From: Antechinus flavipes
Lineage: Eukaryota
Direction: 5' to 3'
DNA: 64,000 nucleotides
Assembly: GCF_016432865.1 (NCBI RefSeq)
Contig: NC_067399.1
Span: forward strand, 680,450,001 to 680,514,000
Translations under genes and position numbers: made by a program
Shown here: positions 1 through 12,487 of the stretch, piece by piece
Layout: the number at the start of each line of letters is the position of its first letter
Numbering within the stretch: the first letter of the stretch is position 1
Notes under the pieces: generated by a model
Databases searched by the model: none
The model's input: only the letters and a program-made list of their open reading frames with translations
Told to the model about the DNA's origin: nothing

Positions 1-354
1 CTCCCTGGCAGTTTGACAAGAGTCGTCTCAAGGCACGGCGTTCGTTCCTCTTGAAACGCCTCCTGGGTGCAGCGCCCGGGCGCAGTCCCAGGTACCCGGC
101 TCGGAGGAACGAGCGCTTAGTTAAAAATCCAATGACTCCTCAAGGATCTCGTGGGCTCCCCTCGTGCCCAGGACCCACTTCTCGGATGACAAGACACAGG
201 AAACGGTGCCCGCTGTCACAGAGTCGGTCCCACATTTCTCTCCTGCTCGTGGGCACGTGGGCACCGTGGGCTCCCCATTGGAGCGGAAGCCTTGGAGGGC
301 AGGCCTGGGTTTCTTTGTTTCTAGGCACTCATACGTGTTGGTGCTGTTCCCTGC

Positions 355-450
355 AGAATAGAACCTCCCTGAGGGCAGGAAGTCCTCTGGGTCTGTACCC
401 CAGCACCGGCTCCAGTGCCCGGCACAGAGTGAGCGCTTCATAAATAGGTG
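355..450 (+). mobile_element. LINE2 3'-end fragment
   Basis: ctccctgagggcagg...cagtgcccggcacagagtgagcgcttcataaata resembles the L2 terminus (ctccttgagggcaggg...cagtgcctggcacatagtaggcgcttaataaat). Confidence 0.55.
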
Positions 451-1069
451 CCCCGGCGAATCGACAAGTCCGGCGGAGCATCTTCTGCTCATCCAGATGA
501 ACCAGCAGCCCTTGATGAATAGGGAGGGGGAGGCACAAAAGCTTGGAAATGGCCGCAGACCTCAGGCCCTCCTGCTCCTTGGCAGATGGCTGGTGACAAA
601 GGGGGGAACATTGGCCCTGGGACAAGTCGCTGAGGTCCAGGGAAAAACCCGCCCCACCCTGAGAAGGCTCCCTTGGCGCCCTGAACCTTCCTTGGCTTGT
701 CTGGGAGCTGGGGGAAAGCACCTAGGGCGGGGGAGGATGGGCCACGGCAGGACCCAATTCAACATGTTTAGGAAGCATCCGTGCCATCCTAGGCTCTGGG
801 GATCCAAAAACAGTCCCTGTCCTCGGGGAGCTTAGATTCTACTGGGGGAGTGCTAGGGTAACGAGATAAAGCAATGCAGAGAACACTAACAGGCTCCCTG
901 GGTTGGGGGGAGAAAGGCCTGCGGGAGGAAGGGGCCCTGGAGTCCAGGCGGAAGCAGCGACAGGAGGAGGCAGGAAGGGCATCCCCCACCCGGAGCTCCA
1001 CTGGGTCTTCCCATCTCCTCCTGGGAGCCCACTAGTGGGACTCAACTGCCTGAAGGACATAGTTACTTC

Positions 1070-1200
1070 CCATACTCGGATTTTATGACCCGAATCCCCT
1101 CAAAAGACTCAACCTTTGCACAAGACCCTTGTTTTGTTTTGGCCTGTGGGTCCTCACAGTGCAGTACCTTGCACATAGTGAGAGCTTTACAATACTTCTT
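1070..1200 (+). mobile_element. LINE2 3'-end fragment, degraded
   Basis: cagtgcagtaccttgcacatagtgagagctttacaata resembles the L2 tail. Confidence 0.45.
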
Positions 1201-1360
1201 CCCCTACCCTTACAGTATAGCCCTGTCCATTNNNNNNNNNNNNNNNNNNNNNNNNNNNNNNNNNNNNNNNNNNNNNNNNNNNNNNNNNNNNNNNNNNNNN
1301 NNNNNNNNNNNNNNNNNNNNNNNNNNNNNNNNNNNNNNNNNNNNNNNNNNNNNNNNNNNT

Positions 1361-2085
1361 AGAGATAGAAAGATAGATAAATGGATGGATGGATAGACAG
1401 ATGATGGACAATAAATGGATAGATAGATTGATGATGGATAGATGGATAGATACATGATGAATAGATAATGAATGGATAGGCAGATGAATAGATAGATATT
1501 GAAAAGTAGATAGGGATAGATATAGAAAAGTAGATAGGGATAGATAGATGATAGATAGATATAGAAAAGTAGATAGGGATAGATAGATGAATGAATAGAT
1601 AAGATAGATGATGGATGGATAGATGGAATAGATAGATGATAGATAAATGGATGGATGGATGGATAGAGAGATGATGAATAGATAAATGTATGGATAGATA
1701 GATGGATAGATAGAGGTAGAAAGGTAGATAGGGATAGATAATTAGATAAATGAATAGATAAGATAGATAGATGATGGATGGATAGGTAGATAGATGGATG
1801 GAGAGATGGAATAGAAAGATGATAGAGATAGAAAGATAGATAGAGATAGCTAAATGGATGCATGGATATCAGACAGATGATGAATAGATAATGGATGAAT
1901 ATATAGATCAATGAATAGATAGGTGAAGAGATAAATTGATGATGGATGGATTGAGAGATGATGGATGGATAGATAGATGGATGGATAGATGGAATGGATA
2001 GATGACAGATTCAGAAAGATAGAAAAATGGATGGATGGATAGACAAAACAAATGAATAGATAGATAGATAGATGCTGGATAAATA
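1361..2085. repeat. Degenerate (AGAT/GGAT)n tetranucleotide tract, preceded by N run 1232-1360
   Basis: Continuous gata/ggat units visible directly. Confidence 0.95.
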
Positions 2086-2724
2086 GTTATCCCTTATGTC
2101 AGCCTCCATTTGTCTCTTAAAAACTTCTACCCGTGCATGACATTTGGAGACATCACGGGCTCCTTCGATCTCCTCCAGGCCAAACAATGACAGCGCCATG
2201 TTTTATGAATCTGCTTGGATCAGCCAGGACTGAGTGGTCATTCCAGAGCTCAAACATTCTCCACAAGCCTCCCCTCCAACAACAAACATGAGCCCAGCCC
2301 AGCTTAGTGAGGCTCCAGGAGAAAGAAGCCAGGCTCTCTCGCTTCCCTCCCAGCTGCCTTCTTGCCATCCTTTCCCTGACTCCCAGCCTGACTTGGCTGG
2401 CCAAGAGCGAGCACCGAACTTGGAGGCCGACTTCTCTCAGCCTGCCCGGCAGCTGGCCTGGGCTCTTCATCCGGCCACTCTCTGCTTCCCAACCAGTCTC
2501 AAGAGCTTCTATTAATTTAATTCTTTTTTGCCTTGAAGTCTATCAGCCAATTGAAGTCCTTGCAGAAGCAGCAGGCTCTGTCTCTCGTGTCATTTCTACT
2601 GGTGGACGGTCCCTCCTGCAGCCTTCAGTCAAAAGCCCGGCGCTATCCTTTGCGTGGAATAAGGGCGGTGACTCATGGGAGAGAATTTGAGAAAATAATG
2701 TCATATGAATCCGAAAATATGAAT

Positions 2725-3100
2725 CTGTGTGTGTGTGCATTGTGTATCTGTGTGCATATGTGAATGTCTTGTATGTCTGTTGTGTGTGACTGTGTCTGTA
2801 TGAGTGGGGGGTTGTGTGTGTGCTTTGTGTGTCTAGTAAAATGTATGTGTGGGTGTGGGTGTGTAGTACATGTGTGTGAGCGTGTGAATGTAAGTTTGTG
2901 TTACTTGAGAGTATAAGTGTGAGTGTGTGTATTATCTGGATGAATGTGTTCTATATGTGTTCCTGTGATTGTATTTGTTGTATGTAAATTGTGTGTGTGT
3001 TGTATGTGGTTTGTGTCTGTACATGTATGTTGTAAGTATGAGTGTATGTGAGACGAGAGACAGAGACAGAGACCGAGAGAGACAGAGACAGAGACCGAGA
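2725..3100. repeat. Degenerate (TG)n tract followed by (AGAC/AG)n
   Basis: Visible directly. Confidence 0.9.
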
Positions 3101-3119
3101 GAAGGAACAGAAAACTGAT

Positions 3120-3430
3120 CACGGGATGTGCTATAGCAAAGCTTTGTCGAAGGTAATCCCGGACCGGCCAAAGCCCAATCGGCCTGCTCTCTCCTGACAC
3201 AGAATCTCTCCAAATAAATGCTCCGTCAGGATGGCCGGGAACAGGAGCGCGGCCCAGAAGTCACGTTGGGGTTAATAAGGGAGCTGACCCGGCCACCATT
3301 TAGCCCGTTGTTCATAAACCACGAGTGATGGCTCCCGAGATAAATATTCCCGATATCGCCGAAGATGTTCTTTCTTGTGGGGGTGAAGAGCTGTTTATTA
3401 CTCATTTATGAATATTTCATGTTTGGGCTC
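3120..3430. promoter_or_regulatory. Candidate enhancer-like unique block
   Basis: Non-repetitive, CpG-retaining block between two TG tracts with gcccaatc, ttcataaa and atttatgaatattt motifs; conservation not checked. Confidence 0.3.
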
Positions 3431-3469
3431 TCTGGAAATACTGTGCCTGAGAAAGGGCCATCAGGGCGA

Positions 3470-3780
3470 TGGATGTGCCGGGGGGAGGGCGTGTTGCATG
3501 TGCATCTGTGAGTGTACACTGTGTTGTGTGCACATGTATGAGCGTGCGCACACAGAATTGTGTAATAGTGTTTATACACAGGTGTGTGTGCCCTGTGAAT
3601 GTCTGTGCATGGGAGTGCGCACGTGGCATTGTGTCCTGCACTGTGTGAATGTGTGTGCACATGGGGGTGCTGTGTGCATATGTGAGTGTGCATGGGGATG
3701 TGCTCTGGGAGCGTGTGCACACTGCATCATGTCGTGTGAGTGTGCACCGTGTGTACCCATTGTGAGCGTGTGCACATGGG
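3470..3780. repeat. Degenerate TG-rich tract
   Basis: Visible directly. Confidence 0.85.
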
Positions 3781-4639
3781 GGGAGAGTGGGTGGTCTCAT
3801 TAGGGCTAGCTGTGCTGTTTCCTTTCTGATCCAGAGAACCATAAAGAGCCCACAGATTGGAACTGTACGCGTGACCTGGTCCCCGTGGCCTGGTCCCCAG
3901 GACCAGGTGTGCTTCCCCACCCAACCTCTAGTCAGGGCAGCAGATCGCGGTGTTGTAAGTTCGGGCGGTACCTTGGACATCGCCCAGCTCTCAGTTCCAC
4001 CTTTTCATTTTACAGAGGAAGCGTCACAGAGGGGCAGCCATCTTCCCAGTGCACCCAGGTGCACATAGCAAAGGACCCCTGTCTCCAAGCCCCATCCGTC
4101 CCCCCTGCTCCGGCCTGCAGGTTGGGGGTCCCCCCCTCCTCTCCTGGGGGAGGGACTGCGTGTCGTCTCTGTGGTTCCGCAGAGCTTCTCTGCCTGGCCA
4201 CTTACTTCGAATTTACTCTTTAAAAATTAAAAAGGAGGAGGAGGAGATTCTGCAGCTAATGGTTAATAGCCGGGGAAACATTTTGAGCCATAGAGGCTGG
4301 TGGGAAAAAAAGTGAAAAAGTTTTGTCTGCCCATTTCCATATTCCATGTGTCTGTGTCTGTCTGTTTGTGTCACACACACTCACACACTCACACCTCCCC
4401 CCCCACCAGAGACACACACCAACACAGGGCCCGAGTTATTGTCAATTATTCACATAAGGAAGCTTGCCAAATCAATTTCGATTCAAAGTTGGGGGGGGGG
4501 GGGGCTTTTCAGAGCCTTCATCTCGGTTCCCCGTCTTTGTCGGTTTTCGATCCTTTTCTCGGACCCGGGGCTGGCGCAGGGAACCGGGGCTGAGCTTCTG
4601 AGCTTTCTTGCTCCCCCCGAGTCTTCTAAGTGGGCTTTA

Positions 4640-5030
4640 ACAAGGCCCCCTTAAAATGTATTATCGCTGGAAAAGAAAGCAAGAAACAAGGGCTAGTAAT
4701 TTAGTGCTAGGAAGTTAATTCCCGAGACCTCCGACCTTTCAGCAGTCCCCCGGCTATTGATTTTCAATACTGTACGGGACTGGGCCGCCCCAAGCGTGGG
4801 TTCAGCAGATTCCGAACAGTTTCCTCCTTATCAGCTCGGTCCCTGAGTACCGCGCATTAAGACAACAAATATCCACAGTTAACGGCGTGTCACATGGCAG
4901 CTGGGCGGACGTGCCAATTTTCTAATGAAGTTGGGTTGTTGGCAAACACACCAGTCATCATAGATTGAAAGCGGCCTTCTTTTGTGTGTCTCCCGCACAC
5001 TCGAGTGCTCCTGAAGATACGGGTGACATC
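4640..5030. promoter_or_regulatory. Candidate conserved non-coding element
   Basis: Complex, non-repetitive, stop-rich block with TAAT/ATTA cores and E-boxes (cacatg, cagctg) amid GC-rich low-complexity DNA. Confidence 0.35.
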
Positions 5031-5819
5031 ATTGTCTCAGGGCCCGGCCGGGAGGGGGAGAGAGAGGGCCGAGCCGGGATGGGGAGAGGGCCAAGAGAGG
5101 AGGGGCAAGGCCCCAACCAGGAGGGGTAAGGGCCGAGCCAGGAGAGAGAGAAGAGGGGGCCAAGGGGGGGGGGGCGAGGACGTGGGCAGGCCTTGCTAGC
5201 AAGAGCCCCAGAAAGGGAGCCGAGGGGACAGTTGAGCCAGTGGCTTTTGGGCGGGGACGTCTCCAGTCGTGCAGAATATGTGTGAACACGCAATTACTGA
5301 GTGACCGGGACACCGGTCACCCCCACCCCTGTCCCCAGGGGGGCCGGCGAGCTCTCCCCTCGCCATCTGAAGGGACTCCTGAGGGCTCTCTCAAGGCGCA
5401 GGAGGCGAGACCGGAGGGAACCTTCTCGGGCCGTAAAGCTTCCTCCGCCGGCCACTTTCTCCCGTGGGCCAGACACCGAAAATCATGGTTCTTCTTCGAC
5501 CAGACTGAACCTTCTGTTTTTGAACAAGTGTCCAGAGACGAGAGCCACCGTCTCCCCTGCACCTCCTTCCTCACCCCCTCCCCAAAAGAGAGCGTAGGGG
5601 CCGGCCGTCATATTGATTGGGAAAAGGTTCCATCTGAGTGCAGAAAATGTCAGGGCCTTCCATCCCAACATTAGCCGTGGTTTAAGAAATGTTTTTTTCA
5701 CAGACGCCCGTGTGAATAAAGCGTGTAAGCAATTGAAAGGATCGAGGAAAAAAAAAATAGATCCGATTTTAAAAAAATCAGCCTTTGCGCGCTGGGCCCT
5801 CCCGGTCCAGGTAAGCGGC

Positions 5820-6420
5820 TGAAAGTCAGCCGCGGCTCCTACTGGACTTTTTACTGGAATGGCAAATATCTAATGAAATTCAACAAGGAAACTGGAAAAA
5901 CAGCCAAATGGGTGCAGCAAAACGGTTAATAGGATCATTAGCTTCCTCGCTGTATTTTTTTGGACACGGTGTGCCTGTACCAGAGCGCTCTCGAGCAGAT
6001 TGCAGGAACAGGCTGACAGTTAGGAGCTAACTCAGCAGTGCTGGGTACAAACTGCCATCTTCCCGTGGATTTACAGCTGCCACTTCTGCTAGTTCAATTA
6101 GTTCTATAGCACACAGATGTTGCTTAAATGTTGCTGCTAATGATCCCGCAATCAGCGTAAGATTCATGCCATATTTGGAGGCACGTAAATTTCTCAAGTG
6201 GCACAATTAAAGTGGAAATATTAGGTGGGGAGAACTTGGCAGTCTCGCCGAGTTGGAAGGCACACCCGCTATGCAATAATGGGTCAAAAATTCATTCAAG
6301 TTTTACTGCTGTTCAGAGTTTTAAAAGACTTTTCACAGTTGAATGCAAAGTAGTAAAAACCAGAGTATTAGGAAATGAGAATGCGGCCCTGTTATTCAGA
6401 CATGACTTTTAATTTCAAAT
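5820..6420. promoter_or_regulatory. Candidate conserved non-coding element / enhancer
   Basis: 600-bp AT-richer island in CpG-rich DNA; TAATGAAAT at 5871-5879, exact CArG box CCATATTTGG at 6169-6178, many TAAT cores. Confidence 0.5.
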
Positions 6421-6437
6421 TGAAATCACATGCTTAC

Positions 6438-6805
6438 CTCCTCGGCTAGCGCGGCGCTCCGGAGGGCCGGACCGGAGAGGGCCGCCTTTGAGGGCGACAA
6501 AGTGCGGGCCGGGAGCGGGCGCGGATCGCTCTGCGAGGCGCAGAGATGTCGGGGCTCCGAGTAAAAACCGGTCCCCAGATCGCAGACCCGGGCCGGCCGG
6601 CATCCATCATTGCCGAAGCCAGATGCGGCCTCCGCCGGGCCGTGCTCTCCTCCCAGCGCCCGTCCCCTGTTTTCTCTCCCAGACAGGTTTCCTAACCTTC
6701 ATAATGGGGGGCCGCCCGTCTGCAGCCTTGTCAGCCGGCTTTATTCCTTTTTCCTGCTGCAGGCGGGGATGGGGGGGATTGTGCGTTCTGTGCATGCTCA
6801 CATTG
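6438..6805 (-). other. Candidate minus-strand exon, probably non-coding
   Basis: Acceptor cattgatttcctctatctgcag| before 6805 and donor GAG|GTAAGC after 6438 (minus strand); no recognisable protein. Confidence 0.3.
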
Positions 6806-7125
6806 CTGCAGATAGAGGAAATCAATGTTTCTGGGTACCGCTGTACCATGCGTGTGTTTTGTGTGTGTTTGTGTGTGTTTGTGTGCTTGTGTGCCACACA
6901 AAAGGGCCCTTGGGCCAGGGGGCTTGTCCCACTAAGCCAATTGGTCTTGCATCTTTTGGAATCCTTTCCATCGTTCCATTCCCTTCCCGTTTGCAAACGG
7001 CTTTCTCCACAAATAAAAGCTTGACTTTTGACTAGTCGTGAGTCAGTTTCTGAGTTTTTCAGGAGCCCCTGCAGAAGTCCAGGCTCCCCCAGAGGCCCCC
7101 GCTTCTCTTCCTCGGGGCTAGATTG

Positions 7126-7180
<55 letters not shown>

Positions 7181-7205
7181 ACACACAACCATTTTGACTG
7201 GAGAG
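6683..7205 (+). other. Candidate plus-strand exon, probably non-coding
   Basis: Acceptors cccctgttttctctcccag| (exon start 6683) and ctttattcctttttcctgctgcag| (6763); donor GAG|GTGAGT after 7205; upstream donor CAG|GTAAGC after 5810. Confidence 0.25.
7128..7187. repeat. (CA)n microsatellite, about 30 units
   Basis: Near-perfect CA run with one interruption. Confidence 0.97.
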
Positions 7206-7599
7206 GTGAGTAAATTAATCTTAACCCAAATCGTACCCATCCACCCCCAGAGCCAGCACTCGGAGCAGGGGGGCTCCTCACAATGCATGAGCCAGGAAGG
7301 TCCCGAGGGTCAGAAATCAAGGGGAGCCCTCCACGGCCGGCCACTAATTCTCCTCATTTCATTCAGACCCGGCCTTTTAATGATCAGTTCTGTCCCAGTG
7401 GAGACCCCTGGGTGCGAGGTGCGGTGGGTCAGAGATTGCTCCCTCTCCGATGAGCTCTCCGCCTCCCTCTTCGGCCATCCCCCCGCCTCCAGAGGGGCCG
7501 GGGGGGTGGGAGGGGCGAGCTCCACGGGCCCACTGCCGCCCATGGCGCCCTGCACGCCCGAGCCTTTTTGGCTGATAGAGGCGGCCGAGTCCTTTCTGC

Positions 7600-8060
7600 C
7601 GACCACCTCATCCTTTGGATTATTTAACAGCAAATCTTACAGATGTCAGTTTTGTCTTGTTCGCAAGCAAAAAGGACAATAAGTTGCAGCTGACCTCGGG
7701 GTGATGAATCTTGCAAGAGCACAATATGTATTTTATCCCGGCAGGGAGAAGCTTACGTGTAATTGAGAGAGAGAGAGAAATGTCACTGTACCATATTTTG
7801 TTGACATGGCGCTCCGAGCCGCTCCGAGGGGCCCGGAACGGGAGTCCGGGGGCAGCAGCCGAGAGGCGAGCGCGCCGCACGTTGGGGAGCACGGGGGAGC
7901 CTCGTCTTCGAAGCGGGGAGAGGAGAGCGGGAGAGATTAGAAGGTCGGCTCTTCCGAGTAATGAAGCCTCCTAATTGAACGGGGCGGCGGGCAAGCCGTG
8001 GGCCGCCCGCTCTGACCGCGTCCCCGTGCAGACAGACGGACATATGTAGGCTCAGAGGCC
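7600..8060. promoter_or_regulatory. CpG-rich regulatory block with a minus-strand first-exon-like segment
   Basis: Dense CpG at 7810-8040; minus strand gagcgccATG at 7807 and donor CAC|GTAAGC after 7757. Confidence 0.35.
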
Positions 8061-8559
8061 AGCTGCTCCGGCAGGCTCTGGTTTTCCAGGCTTTTTATTG
8101 TCTTCCATAATGCTTAATGTACTGTTTGTATATGTTGTCCTGGCACTAGCTTTTGATGGGCTCTCGTATATTTTATTTGTCTTCTCTGGCTTTCCATGGA
8201 GGGAAGCTTGGAGCTACAGCAGAGGCGACTTATTTCTAGCGATGAATCAAGTGAATCTGTAAGAACTGCGAGGGCCGGCTCTGGCTCGGAGCTGGAGAGG
8301 GATCAATAAGGACCGGTCTCTGCAGGGGCCTGTTGGTGGCGATGTGCCTACACGGTGCGAGCCCGGCCATCCCGCTGAATGGAGCGGGGAGCCGCCGGCC
8401 AGCCCCCTGCCACAGCCGGGGCCCTCTCAAAGCAAAGGAGCCGCCCTGTGCGAGTGTGCACGGAGAGCCTCCCAGAGAGTCCTGATCCTAACAATCGTCC
8501 TTATTATTGTTGTTGTTATTGTTATTACAGCCATGACGGCAGCCAGCACTTCCATAGCT

Positions 8560-8650
8560 CTATAAGCTATTGACAAATATGATCTCATTTGAATCTCACA
8601 ACAATCGATGGGGCGAGTTAAGTGACGCCCAGGGTCAGAGGGTCAGATCC
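8560..8650 (-). mobile_element. MIR/CORE-SINE fragment
   Basis: atctcatttgaatctcacaacaa...gttaagtgacgcccagggtca matches the reverse MIR core. Confidence 0.5.
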
Positions 8651-8944
8651 TTGATCCCACGTCTGCCTTGGTCTATGCCCTGAGCCTCCCAGCTGCCAGC
8701 CGGGGGAAGGGCGATTGTGCCAAGTGGGCAGGGGTATCAGGCTTGGCAATCCAGCGGGGCAGGGGGGGACACAGGAGGTCGCTCCTGCTCCATCAGGATG
8801 GACCCCGACAGGGCTTTCCAAGGGCAAGGCAAAAAGAAGCTTCTGGGGCAAAGAAAAAGAGCCGGGGGAACCAACTTGGGAAAGAAAAAAACCAAGGGAA
8901 CCCACTTTGGCACAATGTGTCATAGGTCCTTAGGGCTGCTCTGA

Positions 8945-9020
8945 GGTAACGCCCACACCGCGCTGCCCAATCACGCTGCCTCTGTGGGGCTGCCTGGGGC
9001 GGGGGGGGGGGGGGGGGGGA
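8945..9020 (+). promoter_or_regulatory. Promoter-like motif cluster
   Basis: cgcccacacc (KLF-like), CCAAT at 8967-8971, GC box ggggcgggg followed by a poly-G run. Confidence 0.3.
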
Positions 9021-9424
9021 GAGGAGATTTCTAAGGCTCTTCCAGCTCCACAGCTAAGAATCTAGGTGGGAGAGAGAAGAGGGCGGGCCTGGACCTGCAG
9101 CCTCACTCATCTGTGCGTCCCACACGGATCGAGCACCTACTATGTGTACAGCCCTGCGCCAGCCCCCATAGGTGAGCAAGGACATGGACCCAGACGTGCC
9201 CTTGGTGGGCGTCATCATTCCCGGGGGGGGGGGAACAAAGCAGACTCTATGCAGAGAAATGGGCCTCCTGGGGGGGACTGTGGGCTTGGTGGGAGAAGGG
9301 GGCAGATCCCTGGTTCACGTCCAGGGCTGGGGAGACGCTCAGCCCCCCTGACCCCATCAGAAATGGGATCCCCGAGGATTTTCCCTGGGCCTTCTTGGTG
9401 TCTGTGTATTCTCAGGGCTGTGGG

Positions 9425-10865
9425 TTGGGAAGTATACATGCCTCTGTGGGTGTGTGCATGTACACTTGTGTGTGACAGTGTGTACATCAGTGTGCACTGT
9501 CTCTTGTGTGCATCGCATGTGACAGTGTGTGTCCGTGTGCAATATGCATCTGTGTTGTGTGTACCTGTGTATATCCATGTGCACTGTGTGTCTGTTGTGT
9601 GCATTGTGTGCACGCACCTGTGTGTGTCTGTGTGCACTATGTGTGTGTGTCCATGTGCAGAGTGTATATTGTATGCTGTGTTCATGTGCGTTTGTGCATG
9701 TCTGTGTGCACTGTGTGTATATTGTGTGCTGTGTCCATGTGCACTATGTGTGTATATTGTGTGTCATGTCCATGTGTGCCTTCATGTGTGTTCACGTCAT
9801 TGTGTATGTTTGGGTGTACTATGTGTGTGTTCATGTGCACTCTGTGTGTATATTGTGTGTCATGTCCGTGTGTGTCCATGTATATTATGCATGTCTGTGT
9901 GCACTGTACGTGTATATTGTATGCCATGCCCATGTGTCTGTGTCCATGTAGACTGTGTGTGTGTGCGTGTGCACTGTGTGTATATTGTATGCTGTGTCCA
10001 TGTGCATTTGTGCATATCTGTGTGCACTGTGTATATATTGTGTGCTGTGTCCATGTGCACCTGCATGTGTCCATATGCACTGTGTGTGTCCATGTGCACT
10101 ATATGTGAATATTGTGTGCTATATCAGTGTGTTTGTGTTTGTCCATGTACATTATGTGTGTTTGTATGTACTCTGTGTGTATATTGTGTGTTGTGTCTAT
10201 GTATACCCGTGTGCACTACGTGTGTATATCGTGTGCCATGCCTGTGTGCACCTGTGGGTGTGTCCATGTACACCATGTGCACTCTGTGTATATTGTATAC
10301 TGTGTCCATGTGCGCCTGTGTGTGTCCATGTGCATTGTGTATGTTCGTTTGCACTACGTGTGTGTCCATGTGTACTGTGTATACACACGGTGTGCGTGTG
10401 TGTGCACTGTGTGTATATTGTATGCTGTGTCCATGTATGTTTGTGTGTGTTCGTGTATGTTATGCATGTGTATTCATGTGTACTGCATGTGTAGATTGTG
10501 TGCCATGTCCATGTGTGTTTGCGTGTGTCCATATAGATTCTGTATGTGTGTGCATGGTGTGTATATTGTGTACCATGTGCCTGTGTGTCTGTGTGCACAC
10601 ATATTGTGTGTCATGGCCATGTGTATCTGCGTGTATTAGTGTGCCCTGTGTGTCCATGTGCATTATGTGTGTTCATATGCATTCTGTGTATATTGTGTGC
10701 TGTGTCTGTGTGTACCCATGTGCACTATATGTATATTGTGTGTCATGTCTGTGTGCACCTGCATGTGTGTCCATGTACACTATGTGTGTGTCCGTGTGCA
10801 CTGTGTGTGTATATTGTGTGCTGTGTCTGTGTGTACTTGCCTGTGTGGCCGTGTGCACACATACA
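9425..10865. repeat. 1.4-kb TG-rich degenerate minisatellite
   Basis: Recurring core gtgcactgtgtgtatattgtgtgctgtgtccat at irregular spacing; source of the Cys/Val and His/Thr pseudo-ORFs. Confidence 0.95.
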
Positions 10866-12487
10866 CTCCAGGTGTGTGGCTTCCTGGGACACAGCCAGGT
10901 TAAGCCGGACAGATCTCCCCAAAGCGCCATCCCCCGGAATCGGGGATTTATCTGACAGGGAACCAGCAGACCCACTGGGATCCAGACGCGCACCTAAAAG
11001 CCGCCAGCCCTCGCACTCGCCGCTTCCCCGTCACGTCTCTCCTTGGTCCGGATCTCTTCTTGAGGAACACCGAAAACACGTGCTCTTCTCCGGCACACTC
11101 GCGTCCCCGTGGGGAGAGGGGCGCCCACAGCATGAGAGATGTCCGCTAGCCACGGACTCCTGTGGAGACGGAAGGGAGAGCGGTCCGCAGGAACGCCCAG
11201 GCCCAGCCCTAGTCAGCAAGAGCAGAGCTCGTCCCCTCCTGTTTCTAGGACTGGTATTCGGGGTCCCGACTTACAGCTTCATTGACAATGCGATCAATGG
11301 CCGCAGGGACTAGTCCAGGCTTGGACGGCATGAGGAACTTGTCCACAGTCTCCTGGCCGGTCTGTGTCAGAGACGGGCTTGAAGCCGAGTCCTCGTGGCC
11401 CCCGACTCTATTGCTGCCTGACTCAGTCCCCCCAAATCCCCAGCAAATGAAACATTCTCTTTTTGTTTCTAAAGAATCAATGCAGATGACGTAACTGTCC
11501 CCTCTGATTCTGCTACAAATCTTCATAAAACAAGATAGGTTTCTGCCACCCAAACAGAGGGGGTCTCAGAAGAGTCAGGGCGCCCACCCTCTGGGGGTCT
11601 GTGAGCCCAGGGGCGGGATCAGCGGCTCTCTCAGGCCATCTCCAGTGGTAAAATTCTGGGATCCCAGGATCTCTTAGAACAAACACTGACGCCATTCCTG
11701 GCACTTTATATTTCTTCTGTCAAATGATTGACTTAGAGCAGTTGGGGTCGGACCGCCCTGTCACCTTTCAGTCTCCGATCCCGGTGTGATGGGATCTGAC
11801 CTTGGAGTCAGTGACTTTGGGGCGGGCAGGACCTTCGAGAGCAGTTTTCAGACAAGGAAACTGAGGCTGGCAGAGGAGTGAGAGTTACCCAAAGTCCCAG
11901 TTGGAGGCAGAGCTCACAGGCCTTGGAGCCAGTCCTCCCAATGCAGGTTGACCCCATGTTCTGCCGCCTGCATCTCCAAACTGCAAAAGGAGCCTTCCTT
12001 CCCCAATGGACCAGAGTGCCTTCCCCTGCCTGGACAACGTGCCAGAGGAGTCTGGGAGCTCTGAGCAATGAGGCCGCAGTCTCCGTCCAGGGGTATGTCC
12101 TGTCCAGGACACGAGCTGGGCCCTTCTGGGGCCCCAAGAACACCTTCCCTCTCCAACATTAGTGAAACCACAGTGGGCAGAATATGGTGGTGCCATGGCC
12201 ACAGAACAGGGTGGCTCTCCAAGGCTCAGGTGCTGACCAGGCTCCACAAAGTCTGAGAACATGGCTCCTGGGAGAGCCCCCGGTTCCCTGCTCCAGCTGC
12301 TGCTCCGGCCCGTGAGGTCAGAGGGACTCGTGAGAGTCATCACATCTGGCGTATGACACTCAACATGGCCCACGCCCCAAGAGTGCGCTGTCTGGGAGAA
12401 CAACCTAGAAGCCCGGGCAGCCGCTCCTTCATATTCCATTAGGCTCATTGTTTGGGAAAGAATGTTTTTTGTGGCCTCTGGCTCTCT

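Noticed and set aside
9066-10955. 629-aa Cys/Val-rich ORF and the overlapping His/Thr-rich antisense ORFs
   Set aside because: Translation of a TG-rich repeat that lacks stop codons by composition; no domain structure.
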